From Antedon mediterranea (Eukaryota > Animalia > Echinodermata), in assembly GCF_964355755.1 (NCBI RefSeq), contig NC_092679.1, positions 20,939,432 through 21,003,431 on the forward strand: a stretch of DNA of 64,000 nt, in the 5' to 3' direction. Within the stretch, counting starts at the first letter, position 1, and the number at the start of each line of letters is the position of its first letter. Positions 40,460 through 53,956 of this stretch are shown here, one piece after another. The translations under genes were made by a program, and so were the position numbers. Below the pieces are notes generated by a model. It searched no databases, was not told where the DNA came from, and saw only the letters and a list, made by a program, of their open reading frames with translations.

Positions 40460-43400
40460 CATTTTTTCACTACACCACATAATTCACCTTAATGAGACAG
40501 AAACAAAATATAACAAATCTAACAAACAGCTAAATGAACTATCTGGCAACTGTCCTGTTCATTATAAATAAGATTACTCATTCATTGTTTTACACGTATA
40601 ACATTCATTTAATGCCAGAAACCACACACATATGTGTTTGAACACTCACACTAACCCTCCCTCCCATATCCCATATCCCATTTGACTATAACATCATAAA
40701 GCAAACTTTTACGTTTTATCTAAAACAAATCAATTTATTCTTTTCGCATTATATTTATTGCGACTGAACGGTATTCACCAATTTAGACCGCAATATGGTT
40801 ATTTAAGCACCAGTGTAAATCAGAGAGGCAGACTGATTTAAAGTCCGTTTATAAACTGTACATTATATAATCCACATAGTGACCCAATGGCCAACAAAAA
40901 TAAAGCAAAATAAATAAGGACTCTATAGGCGATTATCTGAACAACAACAATGTTAACAATACAAAGGAATCTATGTTAATCTATAAAATAAACATATTTC
41001 TCAACATAAAAGAATCAATTCAGTGACTATTACTTTTAACAAAAACTTTGGTTACAAAAAAAAAGTTATTCCTGACAGACATTCACAAATAAAACATGAT
41101 TTTCGTTTAGTAATAAAACAAATATTTATCGAGAAAATATAGGTTCTGTATACTGTACTAAAAGTACAATAAACTAAAAAAAAACACTGTTCTTATCGAA
41201 ATAGGTGATTGCACAGTATAAAACATATAATAAAATGAGGAATTTTCTAATGCTTTATTACTTTTTAACATTGTTGAAAACTATTAGGGAAATGCCTATA
41301 CCCTATCTAGGCCTAAATACATCACAGTGTCTACCATTTAAAAATCATTTATACAAACAATGTTTTTTATTTTATACATATATTTTTTCTTTATTTGACA
41401 TCAAATAGATATGATTTTTAGGTGAAGTTGTTCAGGAATTTTTTATTAAAAAATACTCAAAAGGTATGCATTTTAACTATAGCACCTTTTCAGACTATTG
41501 ACTAATAACTATCCACAAGGAGACATTTTAACCTGCTCACTGACTAGAAAATGTTTTTATGATTTTTAAAGTTTTTCTTCTATTTAAATCAAAACGGCTT
41601 TGATTGTCTGGCATTTAATATTACAAAAAAATAAAATAGTAACATTAAAAACAGTAAAATTCACTAACAAATGATTTTTCAAAAGAGAACATAATGGAAC
41701 ATTTAGTTAGGCCCATAATCAGTTAAACCATTTTAAGTGCCATTATTTGACACTATACTGTGTTCAATCAATTGTCTAGGTACCTCTGCAACTAACCATG
41801 GTGCTGATTAAAATTCTAAATCAATTATCTTTTGTCAAAAAGAAAAAAATTAAAGATTTAAAATCAACAATCAATAAATATTGTTATACCTTATATAAGG
41901 TAGAAATGCATAATGCATAATAATGTCAATTATTTTTAAAATTTGTAATAAAAATCAATGAATTTTAAATAAATAAGTTGATTGTGTACTAAAATGCACA
42001 GGGCATTAAGTGTGACTAAATTTTTAGCAAAACATTAACAATAATTTTATTTTAGAACTGTTGAAGGGTTAAAAAATAGAATAAATATTTGGAAATAGCG
42101 ATAATTGTACATGACATGACATCTAATAAATAGTAAATATAACATTAAATAAATGTGAGTAGTGAAAACAATGTTAATTTTAGACAAAATACAGTCAATT
42201 CTACCAAAACATGACATGTCTGATTTATCAAAACTCGCTTAAAGCAAAAAGAAATCATATTAATTTTGTTATAAAAGTCAATAATTTTTCGTAAGTCTTA
42301 ACAAACCTAGGCAAATATCTAAACCGAGATTGGTTTGATAAATATGGCCAACATTTTTCACTTAAGTACTTATGAACTTAAGAAAAAACTAATAAATTCT
42401 CGCCCATTATTTGAAGTAAAGCTTGATTCCTCTCTAGTTTTTCAGGAAGCCTGGTAATGGGAGAGTTGACTGTACTGTATAGTATTTATTTAGAAAGTAC
42501 ATAATAAAGTAACAAATAAAAGGTTGTAAATCGTGCCTTGGCACATACATAAAATAATCTTCATCTTGCACAGTAATGAAATAAATAATTTTAAAAACTT
42601 TTTCCAAAAACATACAATTTTGTTTATGTACATGGGTAATCTTTATAACCCTGGTTTCTTCAAAGTATTTATCATTTTTAAATTAGTCAACAATTTCAGA
42701 AATATATTACAATCTTTTAAACAGGATATAGTTTATATTATTATTGGATAGATGTGCTAAGCCTTAGTACTGGTATGGGCGAGTAGGAATATTCAAAGGT
42801 TTTCTATCAATTTGCAACTTTTTCCTCACGTTGTCAAAAGCAAATTTGATTGCTATCAAAATTGCTTTAAACCAAGGAAAAATAATATCAATTAATAATT
42901 TATTTAATGAGATACAATAAGGACAACCGTACATTGGGTTTACTAACATATTGTAGAACATTTTTGCATATTTGAAGCCTTCTACGGACAAACTTTGTAC
43001 ACACACTGGGCTGTACATGCAGACAAGGGGGATTTTAAGCTTTTATACATCGTAGGTTTCACGATAGTCTGTACAATTTATGTGGTGTTATTGATTAAAA
43101 ATTATTCAAATATATTTATATTTTATCTCAAGGAATATTTCTACTTAACATTCTTTTAAATGGTCTTTAAGAACATTATATATTTTACAATGTTTACTAA
43201 AACTCCAGACAAAGGCTATAACACACCAACTAAATGATTGTTTAAGATTTTAGCTATATTTGATTAGTAATATAACTTGAAAATGTTATTTAAGTTGCAA
43301 CCATCAATAACTTATTAATATACCTTTAAAATAAACTTCCTAATGTTTGAGATCATTTCGTTTCTGGTAAAAAAGCTGCATTTTGGCATATTATTTCTAA

Positions 43401-43578
43401 AGTGTGAGTTGTCATTATTTAGAATAAATAAGCATAATGGAAAAATTAAAAGCTATTAAATAATAAATAAATTACTTAGAATAAGATTTACATTGCAAAT
43501 ATTAACAAAGGTGGTACTGGATATGAATCCAGTCTTTTTTCTTAATTTATTAAATCTAAAGATTAATACAAGATATTT
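40435..43578 (-). other. Probable long 3' UTR of the zinc-finger gene
   Basis: Follows the stop codon. AATAAA on the minus strand at 40454-40459 is followed by a GU/U-rich stretch (TTTCGTTTCTTTGTTGTT). Earlier AATAAA sites also exist. Confidence 0.5.
42192..42472. mobile_element. Tc1/mariner-type MITE inside the putative 3' UTR
   Basis: TA|CAGTCAATTCTACC ... GGGAGAGTTGACTG|TA. Confidence 0.6.
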
Positions 43579-45149
43579 CTATTTCTTGTGTAGACTTCTT
43601 GTTATGTGTGTTGCAAAGTCATACTTATCACAACAAATATGGCCACAAATGTTGCATTCGAAAGGATGGTTAACCCCATGGCAACCAAGATGGATGCCAA
43701 ACATAACATCATCTGAATATACCGTGTGACAATGTTTACACCGACGAACATCGTCCTGAGTTGCAGTATCCCGCGTCCCTGAGCTCGTGGCCATGTTGTA
43801 TTGTGTCGGTTCCGGTCGCATATCATTTCCAGAATCAAAACTTGATGTGCGCGATTTTGAGTCTGATTTCGGTGAGGCTTCGTCGGCTTGACTGTATATG
43901 GTAGCATTTACCGAATTGTATTGTGGACTCACGGGACTGGCGCTAGTCACGTACACACTTCGTGGGGAATCTTGTGTTTTCATGAGTAGGCCAGGCATTT
44001 GCATCAGTGGGCTGGATGTAGGACTAGTAGTGTTAAAATTTGGGCTACCTGGTCGGTTATAACTCGGAGACACACTTTGCGATGGTGAACCGGTAGATAT
44101 AGTTTCTGAGACTGCTGGGCTCAAACGAAGTGAACTAACATCTGCTACTATAACAGGCATTGTGGATTTATGTTCAGTACGGAATTCTGGCCTAGGAAAA
44201 TCTGGTCTTGGGAAACCAAAGACGGGAGAGAAAAATTCTGGCCTAATTGGGAAATGTGGGCCAGCGAGCTGGTGATGCGGAAAGATTCTTGGATTGTGGA
44301 GATGCGTTAACGTCGGTGGAAGGCGTTGTGGACCGTCTGTTAACAACGGACGCATAGAAATTGGAATGGGTCCTGGAAAGGTTACTGCAGGCACATCGAT
44401 TCTATCATCTCTGATCTTAAGCTCTTCCTCCATAGAAGACTTTATAACTTGCGGAATTCTAACAGACGCAGTTATGACGTCTTTGTGGCGCTGGCTTTGT
44501 AGATGGATATGATAACCCTGCGCACTTGTACTCATAAAACCACATGCATGGCACGTGTACGGATTTCCATTTGATACAGGAGTCGTAGGCATCACATGCT
44601 TTGCTTTCTTATGGCTGTCCATGGCCGTGAAAGAGGGAAATGTCATCCCGCAAATGTCGCATCGGTGAGTCCGCTGATGTGACTTCATGTGCATTATCAT
44701 ACGTTTCTGGCTTTGGTACGAGTTCCCGCAAATCACACACTTAAATTGATAGTTTGTAGCTTTACCAGGAGCATGGCGAGTTCGAAGATGCAGTTGAAGA
44801 TGATCTTTACGCGAAGATCTATACTCGCACAGCGGGCATTTAAAAGGTCGGTGACCGCTGTGAAGATTCATGTGCCTTCGCAAGCTCTGCTTTTTCGAAA
44901 ACTTCCTGTTACAGACTATACAAATAAAGTCTCGATCTGGGGCATGTTCTTCACTATGATGAAAATATTCTTGTTCATTTTCGGTTCGGAAATTGCACTG
45001 ACTGCACTGGAATAAGCCACGGTGAATCGTGTCCTCAATTCCATCTTCTCTTCTGTGAAGAGTATAATCGACTGCTTCATCGACAGTTTCGGGGCTTGAG
45101 TTGTTTTTAACAATAGCTGAGCCTCCTCCATTTTGTAAATTTGGATGAC
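43579..45149 (-). CDS. Terminal coding exon of an Ikaros/Hunchback-family C2H2 zinc-finger transcription factor (6 N-terminal/central fingers, Pro/Ser-rich linker, C-terminal finger pair)
   Basis: 527-aa ORF with 8 C2H2 motifs. CIVCNRKFSKKQSLRRHMNLHSGHRPFKCPLCEYRSSRKDHLQLHLRTRH resembles Ikaros fingers 2-3. CKHCHTVYSDDVMFGIHLGCHGVNHPFECNICG...DFATHITRSLH matches the Ikaros/Hunchback dimerisation finger pair. The track's start is a TTG inside a splice acceptor (TTTGTATTTTTCAG|GT, phase 1), so the exon begins at 45149. Confidence 0.93.
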
Positions 45150-48100
45150 CTGAAAAATACAAACAGAAATTTAGAAATTAATATTTAGTAATTAACAAGT
45201 TTGTGTTTTTTCAGGAAGAATGCTGTTGCTGCAGTAATTTTATAGGCTACTGCAGTTCAAAATTGATGGTATGCAGTACAGAGTAAAAGCTTTGTAATAT
45301 TCTAAAGAATATTTATATAAACAATATAATAACGGTAAACAATTAATAAGCAATGTTTATTATTGGCAAAATATAGGTTATATTAAATATAAACATTTAA
45401 TATAAAATACCAGACAAATTAAATGATTTATGCCGAATGAAAATACCAACAAAACATATTTCTTCAATAAACCCAACTTTAAAAGCTACTCAAGTGAAAA
45501 GACTGTTCAAGCGTTGACTAACATAATTCCCAGGTCCATACCTTTCATTTAATGTTGCGAAAAAGTCTAGAGAAATACCCAATTTAATTGACTATATTTG
45601 TAACTAATTGAAATAAACGATGGGGAAAAATGACCGATTGACCAGCGTGGGCAATAGATGTTGATCAATCATTTTAATTACAATGTATCTGCGTGATAAA
45701 TGCCGATTACAAAGTTTTTAAACTGAAAATATTATAAATGCCTTAAGTTTGAGTTCATTAAACGACCTACATTCTACAACACAAAACCTCAAAAGATCTT
45801 ACAAGGGATTATGGAACCTTTGACAGACAATTGAGCAGAAAATTTGTTCATTTATTCTTCAATAGAGCAGTATTAATAGTTAATCTATTCTCTAGAACAT
45901 GGCCGCAAAACTTTGTTTTCCTGACGTTTGATAATAAGATTTTTGGTGGTAAAAAAACACATCAGAGCGCGTCGCTCGGAGCAGCAAGCATTGCCATAAA
46001 AGTATGCTAAGATTGTGCGCGTTTGCTGACGCGATTGTGGATAGAAAATCCCCTTGTGGTGTATGGGTTTATAAGGCTAAACCGACGGCTTTATTAGTCA
46101 TTAGTTAGAACCGAATCAAACAAAGATATAGATGCAAAACAATAAATATGATGGACGTACATACACTCTTATTTTACAGGCTTTTGAATCAGCCGATTGT
46201 TAACTAGCCTACTGGATTAAAGGAACTTTCTGACATTGTGTCAATTTACCATATATGGGTTTACAAAGACACCGACAAATTTCAATATCTCATCCGACGA
46301 CAAATGTTGTTACACAACCAAAATATATTACTATATACATAACATTTTGTATAGGTAATACATATTACAGGATTGACATATATTCAAACATCCTGTTTTT
46401 ATTAGATCATATTTTTCAAACTTAAATTTAAAGATCAGAATTTTATTATTTAGAAAATGATTCAAAGCATATTGGTATATTTATAGAATTATTTTATATA
46501 TATTATTTTTATTTTATTTTCTTTTTTTTTTACATAGTATACGGATTCTTACTATCAAAGTTTACGTGTAGGATGAATATTTATCAGACTTTTCACGCAT
46601 ATGATGTTTGAAATATGTGTTGTATACAAAACCTCTTTATAATATAAAATAAAAGACTCACCTAGGTGTATAAACATACCAAAAATTTTTATTAACAAAT
46701 TTATATTATAAATAAGGTAGCCTATTTATTACTCCAACACCTTTTGTTTTATATATCTGCAATCTACTTTTGACATGAACTTAATATTATCGTGTCATAC
46801 ACAGAATTGGTTAAAGACGGGATTTATAAATGCACTATTTACTTCATTTAAAAGATTAAATTACACAGGGATGTGTGTGTTTGTCAATATTATAGCTTTT
46901 TTAATTATTTTATAATCCACAGAACAATTGAATCAGAATATATAAACAGTGATGAAATAAGTTTTTGTAGAAGAATAATTATTGTTAAATATATTTTAAA
47001 CCGTATTATTATTATGCTAATGAAGGCAATATGAATTACATGCATTTAGTATAGGTTATTTTAACTTCGACCCATATTCTCAAACTCATTAACTTTTATC
47101 ATAATGTAAACATTCATTATATTCAAGAATTATTTTAAAACATAAACATAATGTACAGTATGTTACGTAAATGATTTATTATGTCGTAGGCAACATTCAT
47201 TGTTTATTATAAAGAAATTCAATATGCAAGAACAGATTAAAATGCCATTTTTTGGGGTAAAATAAATAGTATCATTATGTGCTAAACTAAATTTAACTTT
47301 AAAAAATGAACATTTTTTATTTTGTAAAGAAATTTAATCTCTGATAAATCACTAAAAATGTTTATTTTGATGTTTTAGGAGTAACAACACTTTGCCTGTA
47401 ACTTAATACAAACCAATTTATTTTTATACTCAATATATAGATTCTTCTCAGCTTCTCCCTAATTACAACATCCCATAAAAAATTCAATTCCCTCGAAATC
47501 GGGACTAAATTTGACGAAAGACTGTCTTTTGAAGCGAACTACAAAATAAATCTTAGAAGCAGGTTTGCTTTGATTTTTATCGCAGCAAATTCTCGACAAA
47601 GTACACGTAACATTTGAAATCAACGATTCTCTCCGGTTCAATGTACTTGCCGCAGCCTATTAGGCCGGTAGAGAATTCTACCTAATCACTAAGAATGACA
47701 AATTATGCACACTACTAGAAAAACCTAGGCAGATGGTATAGCCTATGTAATGTGTACAAACTGGCAGGAAGCCTATTGTTGCCTCAGTACAGAAGGCCAT
47801 ATGTTAGGGTGTTCTTAAGCAATCTCAATAAAGCAAAATTGTACCGAGGCTCATTAGTTTCACACTTTCAGGAAATCTATTGTGTATAAATGAAAAGGCC
47901 TGAAGGTGAATATGAGGCTCCTTCACATTCATCTTATGCAAAACACGCCGCTTGGGCTTTTGGATAATATAATAGTGTTAATGTTAATTAGGGCTGCAGT
48001 ACAAACCCAAATTTCCTTGTTCATTAACTAAAATACCGAAGGCAAAAGCATTATGCGACGGCGGTCAGCGTAAAGGATTTAATTGGTCTTTGAACTATTC

Positions 48101-51100
48101 TTATGATTATAGTCTTTTACGTAGATAAAAATATCGTAATGATGAGGAAAACGGGACAAATTATTCAGATCAGGTAGAAAGTGTAGAGAAAGGTTAAGGT
48201 TGTTTGACCTGTTTATCATTAAGTAATTCTGCTGTTTAAAAAGTACAAATACGAATCTTTATACATGCTTACATTATAATGAGATTATCAGATTTTATTA
48301 CAAAACACTATAAAAAAATATACCAATGATACATATTTCATTTATTACTTTAATGGTTATTTGCTGTATTATCATTACATGTTAATTAATCAGAAGCAAT
48401 ATATTCATTCATTCATTTATTCTCTTTTGTAATTTAAAATTCTACAAATTTATTTTAATACATAATTTTACAATGCAGATATCAGTTATTTATTATTTGT
48501 TAATATTTTTATTCTCAGTTATGGCGACTTTTTCTAATTCTCACAAATTTCCTGATCTTTATACTTTCTAAATTAATTAGTTAATTTTCAGTATCGCCCG
48601 GCGGTTTTAGAATTTATTGTGCCTGTTAATTTATTTTTTATATAATTTTTTTTTTAGTAAAATGTTTTAGGTATTTATGATTTTATGACAGTGATAAATT
48701 TAGAGATATCACTGTTTTAAAATAAATGTTTTTTTAAAGATTGTGAGCAGGTCAAGAAATAATTGGGTTAACTACAGGTGTAATCGTTTTTTTTATTACG
48801 GTAAAATATACCTTTTATTGACCATCAGCCAGTCATTCATCCCTATCATTGTATATTAATGACTGATCTACAATTGCAAAATATCGTCGTATAATCTTAC
48901 ATTTTCACGTAATTTAAAGAACACCCATGAGAAGTCATAGATATCCTAGTCAGGTTTATGATTATCGTCTATACCTTGATTATTTACACCTTTTCAGCGA
49001 ATCGTATTAACGTCGTGGATGCACTTTGATAGCGTTTACTGCAGCAGCCCACGTGAAACATTTGTGAATGCTTGGATACATAGTATTGGCGATTAAAACG
49101 AGGGCATTAGCTGCGGTTCACAGCATATGCTGACTAAACAACTTGTAGTAGACTACACGTGTGATCAGAAATCAAAGCCGTTTGATTTACGTAAATAAAA
49201 TGAAAATATTCTGCAAACTGCTGTACTATTTCGACGAAAAACAAATAGATGGATGTACTCTTTAAGACTAAATGCAATTTAAATCTTTGATTAACCCAAA
49301 AGTAATAAATATAATACCTTTATTAACCTAGTTTTTAACCTATTGTTTTTTTCTCAATAAATGTAATAAATATTTTCCAAAAGATTCTATTTAAGTACAA
49401 TAACAGCTTGTTATATATAAAAAAAGAAGTGTCATTAAATTAATTTAATATGGTAAATCTAAACAGAAAATATTGAACAATCTAAAGTAGCATTTTCAGC
49501 AGATGCCTTCCATATTAGATCATTTTAGATTCATAAATACTGTATTCAAATAGCAAATTTATTTAATGATATACTTAATTCATTAAGAAAATCTTTATTG
49601 AAGATTATATCAAAGATTACATTTAAGCTATGTATTGCTCAACCCGCAATAGATGAAATACAAACACTGAAATATAATTGTTTGACCAATATGATTTTGA
49701 TCTACTAATAATAAAATTAATTTATTTCATCTTAATAGAACTTCAAGGATTGACTAACCCAGATGAATTATAATTTGTGGTTTTTTTTTTACAATATTAC
49801 ACAAATCAATTCAACTACAACACTCAACCTTATAAAGCCAAAACAAATCAATGATCTCTAATCATTATTGATAAATTTATCGCTTCCTAACAGATTTTAA
49901 AACCAAATCCCATTTATTTAATATCATGATCTACCCAGATTATTAGCAAAATTCGTCTGTGGGTATTTTACTATAAAAAGAGTATTACTTGACTTTTAAA
50001 CCGGACTTTTGATAACACTTCACGTGATACGTTCTTAGAAGACCACCACAGAACGTCCACTTACCTAGTATTGTTTTAACACCATAACCTAGATATATGT
50101 ATTGAATAGGATGTATTGTGGTTTATGAAAATCCAGTGCAAATTATAAAGGTCACGATTACTGAACTATTGTTATTAGGAAATAAACAAATTAATTTATC
50201 TTCACCTCATGATTGAAAGCAATGCGTGACATGACAACAAATTGTATTTAACATGTTTTATTAATTATTTAAATGTATGTGTAAATTAAATAATTTTGAC
50301 GAAATACTATTAGAAAATTATTTTGTTTTAATTTATGTTTTGATTTAACCTTGCTTTATTTTTTATTTTAAAATTATTTTGAGATTGAGATGCAGTCACG
50401 GTTATTCCACAGCATTATGTTTTCCCCACTACTGTAATAGCAATTAGTTTAGATGTTAATTACAATTATTTAATATATGGCTTTAACATGGAGAACTGCC
50501 TATCCCACACAATGTGAGATGGTTGGTAATATAGGAACTGTTAAACTTTATTGACAACGAAAATAACACTATCACTAAAACTGGTTCAAATTAATTATTT
50601 CCTATGTCTCAATTCTACTTATAGATTCAATACCTTACAGGTGTAAAAACTACCCCATCAGGACACTAAAACAACATTACTTGACCTGAGGGACACCAAA
50701 AACATACAGGAAAAGATTACTTAAAAAATAGCAGATTGAAATGTGTTTTTATTATCGACAGATGAAACAATAAAATTAGGAATTGAAGAATAAAAGATGT
50801 TGATTAAAGTAGAGCAGTGCGTGGTTATTTGGGATGTTATTGCACAGGTGTACGCTGTAAAGAACATGACGTTCTTGGGAATATCTTCTGAACATAAAAA
50901 ATGTTTTCCCCTCCGTCATATAAGTCGTCTTCGCAGGAAATAATTTTGAAAGTAGGTCTGGTGATATACTATCACAGAACAAAAGATATTTGTTTTAAAA
51001 TCAAACAAATATAATAAATTACTTTGGGATTATTATTATTATAAATATTTAGTTTGTTGTCAGTGTATATTTGGTAGGACTGTTAAAAAAAAAAACATTC

Positions 51101-51102
51101 TA

Positions 51103-51208
51103 AAACTCTGTCTACACTATTAAACTAGTTTGAAAAAAAAAGTGTGATGTGCCCAAATAAGGTAGTGATACCCAAATATGGTATTGATATGACATCATCA
51201 TGTCCATT
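51103..51208. mobile_element. Family A MITE, one end only
   Basis: CTCTGTCTACACTATTAAAC followed by 21-bp units and the core. Confidence 0.7.
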
Positions 51209-53277
51209 TAAAAAACAACTGTCAATATTAAAAAAAAAAGACAATGACGATTTTAATTTTTAAAATCAAGCTATAAAAACAATTTGATAGCGATTTGTAG
51301 TGAGTATACAATTTACAAAAAATTAAACAAAAAAACAACAGGCAAATTGTTAAAAAACCATGAATTGCCGATTATTAGTTTAAAATATATAGGTCTTTTT
51401 TATAGGTCACTTTCACATACACAGAGACATTCTCCCAGCCTCGTTATCTAGGAGATGAACTCCAGTTTATGCAAATGAGGCCATTTATTAATGAGTTCAG
51501 TGTACAAATATATATGTTAATGAGAATTTGTGTGGAGAAACCAGGTTGGAGGTAACGGTGGATGTACAATACGCTCATCACGCATGAACAAGCACCACTC
51601 CGCAGATAAAACATATAGCCATTGGCCTTTTAAGGTCAGGAGACCCTTTACTCTATACATAAACAATCACCCTCGACCATGTGTTCATATTATATATATT
51701 AAGGTAGTATGTTTATAGTATTGGTCTATGCAAATCAAACCCAGAAATACCATATGGACTTTACAGGCCTACTTTATTAATTACAGCAAAATGATACACC
51801 GTATTTATGTATACAATTTTGTGTAAATAAATGAATAAATAAAAACAAAATTTACCATTTTTAATGTTCCAGCCAAAACATCATATTGTATAAAAATAAA
51901 CTTTGTTGTTTATTAATTCTGTAAATAATTATATATTTATTTTGAAATTTAACCTGAAAATTGAGTAGGAAGGGGTTGCATTCAATAAATTGGAGAGAAA
52001 AACAAAAACGAAATAAACCATAAATACTGTTATGATACAAAAAAATAAGGGTAACTAATGTTGTTATTTACAGTATTTCTGGTAAATATTTAAATAATAC
52101 AGGTAGGTTTATTATCGGATTTAATCTTGATACACATTTTTATTTTGTGATTACAAATAAAGATAAGAAAATATGTGTATCTACTATAAAAGAATCATTG
52201 TTTGTTGATAAAGAAAGTAGAGAAGATAATAATAATAATGTCAATATTAATATTCTGAAAAGATTGCATGAACTGTGTTTAATACATGACAATGATGTCA
52301 TAGCCTTCTACACTTTTTTAATAAAATAAGCTAAAAAATAATACAATTTTTAAAGTAGAATACCAGAAATAACATTATTAATCATTTTATTTGAATAAAC
52401 AAAAAATGAAGAATCGGTAATTGACACTAACAAGCATCGACCTAGTATTCATGATTTATAACCAAAATTAAAAATCCTTCTGCCATAATATTTCAAATAT
52501 AAAAATACCCCACAACCCAGTAGGGAATAAACTTGATTAATATTCACTATTACCCTAACTCAACATGATCTTTCTGAATCGTATTACTGAATCATCCCAA
52601 TTTAACCTTTTACCTAATTACTGATTTATTAGACAATACAATAACAGCAAGGTCCACACCGTAGAAACACGGGAACGGATTAAGTCTTTGTTTTCGACCG
52701 CGATATGAATTTGTTGACCTCGAGGCATTATAATCCGAACTCAAGGATGTTTTACCCAGGGACTGAAAGTCAGTCAATGAAAAATGAGTAAACAGAAAAT
52801 AATAGAAGAAAGTACAATACAATGAACGAGGAATATTATTTTGGAAAAGGTTGATTTAAAACACATATGGTTAAATTGCCGATAAGCCCAGTTAAAAAAA
52901 CAAGGCCATATCATATCAAATTTGTTTATGAAATTCAAAATAAAGTGTAATGATGTATAAACAAGCTTAAAGTTATTTCTATTTCTTGTAGAATTTCCCC
53001 TAAAATTCCCTTTACATTTTGGTATAGTATATTTATGTGAAAGCGAGGGAGTTTGTTATTTTTCTTTTTACGTACTATCTCAGTTTATAAGTTTTGTATA
53101 AACTGTCTGATGAAAACAATGGATCTGTTTGCTTCTCAATCAATCTTTTAAGGTGGTTTTATGTTTCAGTTATTTTTACTTTTTTTTAGTGCAAAATACT
53201 TAATTAATAATTAATATAATATTAAAAAAGAATATTTAATAAAAATCATATATAAACAAATCAGGCACAGAACATTA

Positions 53278-53290
53278 ATATATATATAAA

Positions 53291-53330
<40 letters not shown>
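53278..53330. repeat. (TA)n microsatellite
   Basis: Direct observation. Confidence 0.9.
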
Positions 53331-53336
<6 letters not shown>

Positions 53337-53956
53337 GTTTGTTTTACTTTTGTTGAGCAGACAATTCTATTACCAATTTGTATAACTATTAAGCTAAAAA
53401 TATAGCTACAATTTATTTAAAATAAAAGTCCATAAATAACATTTGTATTTAAAATCATATGATTTTTTTTAACGTTTAAAGCTGGTTTAGATCTATAACC
53501 TACATAACAAAAAATAATTTTTCTTTGAAAATCACCTAAAAATGAAATGTGTGTACTTATAATCTATGATAATATAAGACACTGAGAAGAAGTTACACAT
53601 GTTATCCTGTTCTGGATTTACTTCAAACTAGGTCAAGTATAAAAGGTTACAAGTCGTGTAAACGTAAAATGTTAACTCATCGTCTGTAGACGTAGGTACC
53701 GATAAACTTTAGTTTTATCAATTTTTTTTTTTTAATCTGAAAATTATTTTCCAAGGAATTTAAATTGATTTTGGCTAAATTTTTACAGAATGATTTCCGA
53801 AATGAAAAAGTTTATCGATTCAATACACAATGATACACACGTGTTGATGTGATTTCAGATTAAACAATTTGGATAAATAAATATGATGTATCTGCAGTAT
53901 AAACAATATTAATTTAATAAAAACATTTATATTTACTTGACAAAAAAAACCTTTTA

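Noticed and set aside
43493-45131. Overlapping and antisense ORFs within the zinc-finger exon
   Set aside because: Shadow frames of a GC-richer coding exon with no recognisable domains.
45150-45162. Track start 'MYFS' of the 527-aa ORF
   Set aside because: It is a TTG in the polypyrimidine tract of the splice acceptor.
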